From contig CAZKOB010000002.1 in NCBI GenBank assembly GCA_964554265.1, forward strand, positions 386-64,385: 64,000 nucleotides of DNA, in the 5' to 3' direction. The translations under genes were made by a program, and so were the position numbers. The notes under the pieces are model-generated. The model was not told the origin of the DNA, did not search any database, and saw only the letters and a list, made by a program, of their open reading frames with translations. This DNA is from an uncultured Bacteroides sp. Lineage in GTDB: Bacteria; Bacteroidota; Bacteroidia; Bacteroidales; Bacteroidaceae. Positions 58,407 through 64,000 of this stretch are shown one piece after another (positions within the stretch are counted from its first letter, which is position 1; each line of letters begins with the position of its first letter).

Positions 58407-59735
58407 TCACTGCGTCATACGGAATGCCACAGGAGTGTTATATTTTACCTTGACAGGCCTGCCATTCCGCATGCCCGGCTTCCATTTGGGCATACTAAGT
58501 ATAGCCCTTATCGCTTCTGCATCAAGCAAAGGATGTACACTCTTGGTTATTTTCGGGTCTATGATACTGCCATCAGTATCTATAGTGAAAGAGACAAGAA
58601 CCCTCCCTTGAATACCTAAATCCATTGCTGCCGACGGATATTTAACATTTTTAGCCCAAAAACTTAGCAGTGCCTCCATTCCTCCCGGAAACTCCGGCAT
58701 CTTTTCCACAACCTGATACACTTGCTCTGTACTATCAGCCTGCGTCTCCCCACCATCTGCCTGCGCCTCATCTCCATTGTCGAAATCATCTTCGGCCATT
58801 ACACCTCTTGCCTTCATAATTTCATCGAAAGACAATGCTCCGGGTGTCAATTCAAATATCACTGGAATTTCTACACACGAGCGCACAACCATCCCGAAAT
58901 GTTTGGCCGATTCCCAATCCGGCATTGCTTTGACAATACGAATTGCTTCTTTTTCAAACAGAGGATCACATTCATTCACTACCTTAATGCCTGTAAGCAT
59001 TCCACTCTGTTCGACTATACACGATACAAAGGCCACACCTTGCAAACCTTGATTTTTCGCTTGCTCAGGATATTTCATCAGAGCCTTTATAAAAAGAAAC
59101 ATATTGCCGCTGCCTCCGGGGTAAGATGCTTTACATTCCGGAGAAAGAATAACCTTGTTTGCCAAATTCCCGATTCGGGTTTTGGGTTTCACCACAGGGA
59201 CATCCGAATCAGTCTGATTGGACGAAGCCACAGGAGCGGTCTTGTCTTCCACAATACGAAAAGCCACAGGAACGCTATATTTCACCTTGACTACAGTGCC
59301 GTTTTGCTTTCCCGGAATCCATTTGGGCATGGTTTGAATCACTCTCTTTGCCTCATCATCAAGCAAGGGATGGACGCTTTTCACGACCTTAGGATCGACA
59401 ATGCTGCCATCGGTATCCACAGTGAAAGAGACTACAACCCTCCCTTGAATGCAACTATCCAATGCCACAGCCGGATATTTGACATTCTGGGCAAGATAAT
59501 TGAACTGTGCTTCCATTCCACCCGGAAACTCCGGCATCTGTTCCACAACCTGATACACCTGCCCTGAAATATCAACGGTATCCCTTTTCGCCACCACGAG
59601 GTCTGCCTCATATACACGGCCGAACGAAGCTCCGACATCGGCCACAGCGAACCCCTGTGCGGAGGCCGATATCACAGAGCACGCACATATCAGCCTTATC
59701 CGCTTAGGCAAGGGGGTAAAAAATCTTAAATACAT
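58407..59735 (-). CDS. Secreted protein with three TonB C-terminal-like domains
   Basis: Three copies of the pattern MPEFPGG..(N/K)VKYP..A....IQGRV.VSF.(V/I)D.DGS(I/V)..P.......P.LD.EA.R.....PKW.PG..NG..V.V.Y..PV.F. The middle copy is divergent. The N-terminus looks like a signal peptide rather than the usual TonB anchor plus Pro-rich linker. Confidence 0.85.
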   Translation of the reverse strand: MYLRFFTPLPKRIRLICACSVISASAQGFAVADVGASFGRVYEADLVVAKRDTVDISGQVYQVVEQMPEFPGGMEAQFNYLAQNVKYPAVALDSCIQGRVVVSFTVDTDGSIVDPKVVKSVHPLLDDEAKRVIQTMPKWIPGKQNGTVVKVKYSVPVAFRIVEDKTAPVASSNQTDSDVPVVKPKTRIGNLANKVILSPECKASYPGGSGNMFLFIKALMKYPEQAKNQGLQGVAFVSCIVEQSGMLTGIKVVNECDPLFEKEAIRIVKAMPDWESAKHFGMVVRSCVEIPVIFELTPGALSFDEIMKARGVMAEDDFDNGDEAQADGGETQADSTEQVYQVVEKMPEFPGGMEALLSFWAKNVKYPSAAMDLGIQGRVLVSFTIDTDGSIIDPKITKSVHPLLDAEAIRAILSMPKWKPGMRNGRPVKVKYNTPVAFRMTQ

Positions 59736-59828
59736 ATTTTTATTCGTTTTTCAGAAAAAAAGATGCTAATCTCTTTCTTAAAAATGCTCTATAACTATCC
59801 CCTCTCTATTACAAAACAAATTTAAGCT

Positions 59829-60354
59829 CTACTTTGGCATAGACTTTGCTTTTGCCTTCGACGGATTCAGACGAAAAGCGACCGGTACTGAATATTGCAC
59901 TCTCACCGGCTTGCCATTCCGCATACCCGGCTCCCATTTAGGCATATTGCTGATTACACGCATTGCCTCCGCATCAAGTTGAGGATGGGCAGGAATGGTA
60001 ATTCTCGCATCCGAAACACTACCATCCTTGTCTACTGTAAATGTCACCACAGAACGACCCTGGATGCTGTCTTCCAATGCCTGTTTCGGATATACGACAT
60101 TTTTTTTGGATATACGACATCATGGCCTTCACACCTCCCGGGAATGAAGGCATCTGCTCTGCCTCCAGATACACTTGATCGGCACTGTCCGCAGATTCAA
60201 CACTGATTTCAGCAAAAGGAGTAACAGATGAATATGCCGCCAAAGACTCCGGCAACCTCTCAGCCGAAAAAGATGTGGCTGAAAAAAACATAGAAGAGAG
60301 AGCGCACAAAAACTTTGCGTGTCTCCATTGAACAGAAAGAAAATCTACTGTCAT
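59829..60354 (-). pseudogene. TonB C-terminal-domain protein interrupted by a +1 frameshift in an A8 tract
   Basis: ORFs 60019-60354 and 59829-60077 together encode one protein, ...MPSFPGGVKAMMSYIQK / NVVYPKQALEDSIQGRSVVTFTVDKDG.... Removing one base from the 8-nt homopolymer at 60100-60107 restores the frame. Confidence 0.8.
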
Positions 60355-60693
60355 TGTTTTTCCTATTTTTTAGATTTGAAAATGTTCCATTTCACGACAT
60401 GAACATAATGTTTTTACAAAAAACATTTCACTATCAATTGCATGCAAAGTTACAGAAAAGAAATAAATCAGACTCTAAAAACATGAAGATTTTATGGAGA
60501 TAAAGACAAAAAGGCTATACTGCGAGCCATCTGCAAGCGACTTTTTCTGCGATTCCCGCCTCATTCGTATACAACCGCAAGGGCAATATCCGTATTTTAC
60601 AGACAAAAAGCTCCGCCTCGGTCCGTTCCCTCCGCCGACTACGGCATGAGAGAGTGAATACAGGCAGAGCTGAATGACGGTATGGGTGTACTG

Positions 60694-61928
60694 CCTGACT
60701 TCGTCATCGTGTCACTCCAAAAATTCTCATCGGAGAGTTTCGCTGTTCTTTGATATCTTTTCATGTGTCCTGACGTCCTCATAAATCTGCTCGGTTATCC
60801 CATCTTCACACTATCTTTTTGTCATAAATTGCAGGGTTTTCTTGATAATCTGAAATGTTAAAATTCAAGGCTCGCAGAATCGCATAAAATCGACCGGACC
60901 CGACTGAAATTCCGTTTGTGCGATTCTGAGGCCATTTTCAGGCCTTGAAATTCAAATGTAAAAATAATATAATTTGTATTCTGAAAAGATACATTTATTT
61001 ACACTCGCGTGTGCTTTGTTTGAAAAAAGAGTACGCTGGAAATAAATTTCGTTCACCTTGAAAATGTTTTTAAAGTGCCTTGTGAAAAATTTTTCAAGGT
61101 GAACAAAATTTATTTTCAAGGTGAACGAGTTTGAGAACGTCCGTTTTTCGGGCTGAAATTGGATATTGACTATAATTGATTTCTTAAAAAATCAAAATCG
61201 GATTTTTCAATGCCACGAAAAACAAAGATGGATTCCGGCAGCGAAAAACAGGAATCTTGGACAGGATTTTTTATAACTTGCTGATTATCAGTATATCCTA
61301 TTTTTATCTTCGCTTGTACTTCTTGCACCTAAAACTGCATTATCTTGTTAAAATAGTATTTTCTTGATAATCAATTGTTTATCTGTAAAATATCAAAACT
61401 TTGATAATTGAGTGAATGCAAACGAATCTTAATTGTGTTAAAAAGCTTCCATCCGATATGGATGGAGTTAGTGTCAAAAAGTAAGAAGAAATGTCTCTAA
61501 AAAAACTGTTGCTTTTGCTGGTATATTCACAGACTCCTCCGTCGCTTCGCGCCACGCCCTCCGTCGCAAGCTCCCCAATTGCTCCTATTCCGCAATTGCC
61601 CCTAACTTAGGGGGGAGGAGCTTAGTTACCTTGCTCGTTGGAAAGTTAATAGTAAGCTAATATGCTGGTTACTAATATGATAGCATTTACATCTGCTGAG
61701 TAACCAGACTCCTCCCCTAAGTTAGGGGCAATTGCGGAATAGGAGCAATTGGGGAGCTTGCGACGGAGGGCGTGGCGCGAAGCGACGGAGGAGTCTGTGA
61801 AAACACCAACTTGCAGCCATAAGATTTATAAGAGGAGTCTGTGAATACACTTGCTCTGTTTTGAAGCGATTTTCGCGTATCACCTTAAACCGTAAGCATT
61901 AGAATTACAGCCTATTGGCATTTATGTG
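60694..61928 (-). repeat. Interspersed repeat, copy I (reverse orientation). Full-size, with the long-arm palindrome.
   Basis: Begins on the plus strand with cctgacttcgtcatcgtgtcac and contains all core blocks and the palindrome. It is flanked by 23-nt direct repeats at 60671-60693 and 61929-61951. Confidence 0.88.
61528..61799. repeat. Nested palindromic module in copy I (arms of about 90 nt)
   Basis: The arms cacagactcctccgtcgcttcgcgccacgccctccgtcgcaagctccccaattgctcctattccgcaattgcccctaacttagggg... and their reverse complement match, apart from a 2-nt G-run difference. The loop is about 85 nt. Confidence 0.92.
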
Positions 61929-61958
61929 TGAATGACGGTATGGGCGTACCGAACAATC

Positions 61959-63206
61959 CTATTTTTCTCTAATCTGTCCGTTTCCGTGTATAATCCACTT
62001 GTAGGTAGTGATTTCTTCAAGAGCCATCGGACCACGGGCATGGAGCTTCTGTGTAGATATGCCAATCTCAGCACCAAGTCCGAACTGCGCTCCGTCTGTA
62101 AACGATGTCGGAGCATTGCAATAGACACATGCGGCATCCACCATACGCAGAAACTTGTCTGCTGCAGCTGCATCTTCAGTAATAATACACTCACTGTGCC
62201 CAGATCCGAACTTTCTGATGTGCATGAGGGCTTCATCTGTCGAACATACAGTCTTCACTGCCAATGTATACGACTGGAACTCTGTTCCATAACTTTCTTC
62301 CGACGACGTCTTCAGAAGGTGAGCGGGATAATGTCCGTCAAGTGCGGCAAGCGCCGGGGTGTCGGCATAAATCAACACATTGCTTTCGGCAAGAGGGTGG
62401 CAAAGCAACGGCAAGTCGGGCAGACGGTCGGCATGGACAACCAGACAGTCGAGCGCATTGCAGACACTGACACGCCTTGTCTTTGCATTGTTTACAATCG
62501 CTGCTCCTTTATCAACATCTCCGTTTTTGTCGAAATAAGCATGACAAACTCCTGCTCCGGTCTCTATCACCGGCACACTTGCTTCGCGGCGGACAAAATC
62601 AATCAGCCGCTTGCTTCCCCGAGGAATCACGAGGTCAACAAGACCATCGGCATGCAGAAGTTCTGCCGTGGCCTCATGGGTTGCGGGCAGAAGCTCTATT
62701 ATATGTTCGCCAACCCCATGCCTGTGCAACACATCCTTTATGATACGGACAATCGCCCGGTTTGAATTATCGGCATCACGTCCACCTTTCAATATACACG
62801 CGTTGCCACTTTTGAGACAGAGGGCAAAGACATCAAACGTCACATTCGGACGCGCCTCATATACAATACCAATGACTCCGAAAGGAACACTAATCCGTTT
62901 CAGGTCGAGTCCGTTGGGCAGAACAACATGCTTCAGTACATGCCCGAGCGGTGAAGGCAGCAATGCCACCTTACGGGTATCGGCCGCAATTCCCTCTATA
63001 CGTTCTCTTGTCAGCTTGAGCCTGTCGTACATAGGGTTGTTCTCGTCCATCAAGTCGAGGTCTTTCCGATTTTCTTTCAGAAGAGACTCTGCATTTTCAA
63101 CGGCAGCATCTGCCACATCACGAAGGATTTCATTAATCGTTTCTGTTTCAATGAGTGCAAGCCCAACACTTGCAGTCTTCACTTGTTCAAATATTTGTGT
63201 AAGCAT
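61959..63206 (-). CDS. proA: Glutamate-5-semialdehyde dehydrogenase (gamma-glutamyl phosphate reductase)
   Basis: 415 aa with aldehyde dehydrogenase-like ProA features (..[24 protein letters not shown].., ..HSECIITED..). It lies downstream of proB. Confidence 0.93.
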   Translation of the reverse strand: MLTQIFEQVKTASVGLALIETETINEILRDVADAAVENAESLLKENRKDLDLMDENNPMYDRLKLTRERIEGIAADTRKVALLPSPLGHVLKHVVLPNGLDLKRISVPFGVIGIVYEARPNVTFDVFALCLKSGNACILKGGRDADNSNRAIVRIIKDVLHRHGVGEHIIELLPATHEATAELLHADGLVDLVIPRGSKRLIDFVRREASVPVIETGAGVCHAYFDKNGDVDKGAAIVNNAKTRRVSVCNALDCLVVHADRLPDLPLLCHPLAESNVLIYADTPALAALDGHYPAHLLKTSSEESYGTEFQSYTLAVKTVCSTDEALMHIRKFGSGHSECIITEDAAAADKFLRMVDAACVYCNAPTSFTDGAQFGLGAEIGISTQKLHARGPMALEEITTYKWIIHGNGQIREK

Positions 63207-63293
63207 CCGGTTCTAATTTCAGTTTCTTTGTATTTAAACTATAAGTCCATGACAGACAGTTCAGGAATTGACAAATGGTTTAGAAATCGAATA

Positions 63294-64000
63294 TCAACTA
63301 TTCGGTTCGAGACAGAGGTAATCGTAATGAACAATAGGCCTCTTGTTGCGCTGCCCGACAACGGAACGCGCTTCATCACTGGAATAATCACTCCGCCCGA
63401 CCCCGATTATCACTCCGTTGCTGTCGATTATATGTATAATGTCGTGATACTCAAAATCTCCGTCCACCCGAGTCACTCCTATGGGCAGAATGCTTGCCGC
63501 TTTCTCTTCCATCATCATCACCGATGCACCCTCATTTAAATGTATTGCACCCTTTGCAAATCCTTCGCTATGCGCAATCCACTTCTTTACACTCGACATT
63601 TCAGATGCAGACGGTACAAACAGCGTGCAAGGAACGGAGCCTTCCGCCAAGCCTTCGATGCCTGACGGAGTCTTCTCCGCCAACGAAATCAAATCGGTCA
63701 GAATATTCTCTCTTTTACCATTTGCAATGATTACGGCTATGCCTTCTTCGGCAACCTTACGCGCAATATTACTTTTCGTCTGCATGCCTCCACGTCCGAA
63801 TCCCGATTTCTCAGCTTGTATATAAGCAGAAATATCCTTTCCCTGTTCTACCTTCCTTATAATCTCAGCATCAGGACGGGAAGGGGAACCATTGTATATG
63901 CCATCGATATTAGACAGGATAATCAATGCATCACTGTCTGTCATTGTCGCCACAAGTCCAGACAACTCATCATTATCTGTGAACATCAGCTCAGTGACGG
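63294..64000 (-). CDS. proB: Glutamate 5-kinase. The C-terminal part with the PUA domain is present; the 5' end lies outside the window.
   Basis: The reading frame is open to the window edge. It has a kinase-core C-terminal region (..GRGGMQTKSNIARKVAEEGIAVIIANG..) and a PUA-like tail (..ILPIGVTRVDGDFEYHDII..). Confidence 0.9.
   Translation of the reverse strand, partial: VTELMFTDNDELSGLVATMTDSDALIILSNIDGIYNGSPSRPDAEIIRKVEQGKDISAYIQAEKSGFGRGGMQTKSNIARKVAEEGIAVIIANGKRENILTDLISLAEKTPSGIEGLAEGSVPCTLFVPSASEMSSVKKWIAHSEGFAKGAIHLNEGASVMMMEEKAASILPIGVTRVDGDFEYHDIIHIIDSNGVIIGVGRSDYSSDEARSVVGQRNKRPIVHYDYLCLEPNS

Overview
The window looks like a core chromosomal segment of a Bacteroidales genome, probably Prevotella/Segatella-like. 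That placement is an inference from gene order, a T9SS-type C-terminal sorting tail on a secreted fucosidase, and TAnnTTTG-type promoter boxes. Most of it is housekeeping: a thrA / PGM-like / thrC operon, priA, etfB-etfA-acyl-CoA dehydrogenase, an AraC regulator divergent from a 1394-aa GH29 fucosidase, and a complete dcw cluster (mraZ to ftsZ). It also holds yqeY, mreBCD-mrdA-rodA, sodB, asnB, TonB-domain proteins and proBA. No rRNA, tRNA, CRISPR array, transposase or integrase was seen.

Two things stand out.
1. One AT-rich, apparently noncoding 0.8-1.2 kb interspersed repeat occurs nine times, seven on the plus strand and two on the minus strand. Together the copies cover about 8 kb, roughly one eighth of the window, and nearly all lie between operons. 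The element is modular. The two complete copies have 20-26 nt terminal inverted repeats. Some copies carry a nested long palindrome with 51 to ~90 nt arms. Copy A has a perfect 26-bp inverted repeat internally. Sub-segments are in opposite orientation in different copies, there are two alternative right-end modules, and one copy junction coincides with a truncated TolC-family gene.
2. Between rodA and sodB, next to one repeat copy, lies a two-gene cassette. It encodes a compact ABC-type ATPase and a DUF4435/Toprim-like protein, resembling the AriA/AriB (PARIS) anti-phage system in a minimal form.

Smaller observations:
- a PurH reduced to its N-terminal domain;
- a TonB-domain gene frameshifted in an A8 tract;
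- a protein with three TonB C-terminal domains;
- MraZ operator repeats;
- four 21-bp-phased repeats upstream of the etf operon;
- GC-rich structured spacers inside the etf operon.
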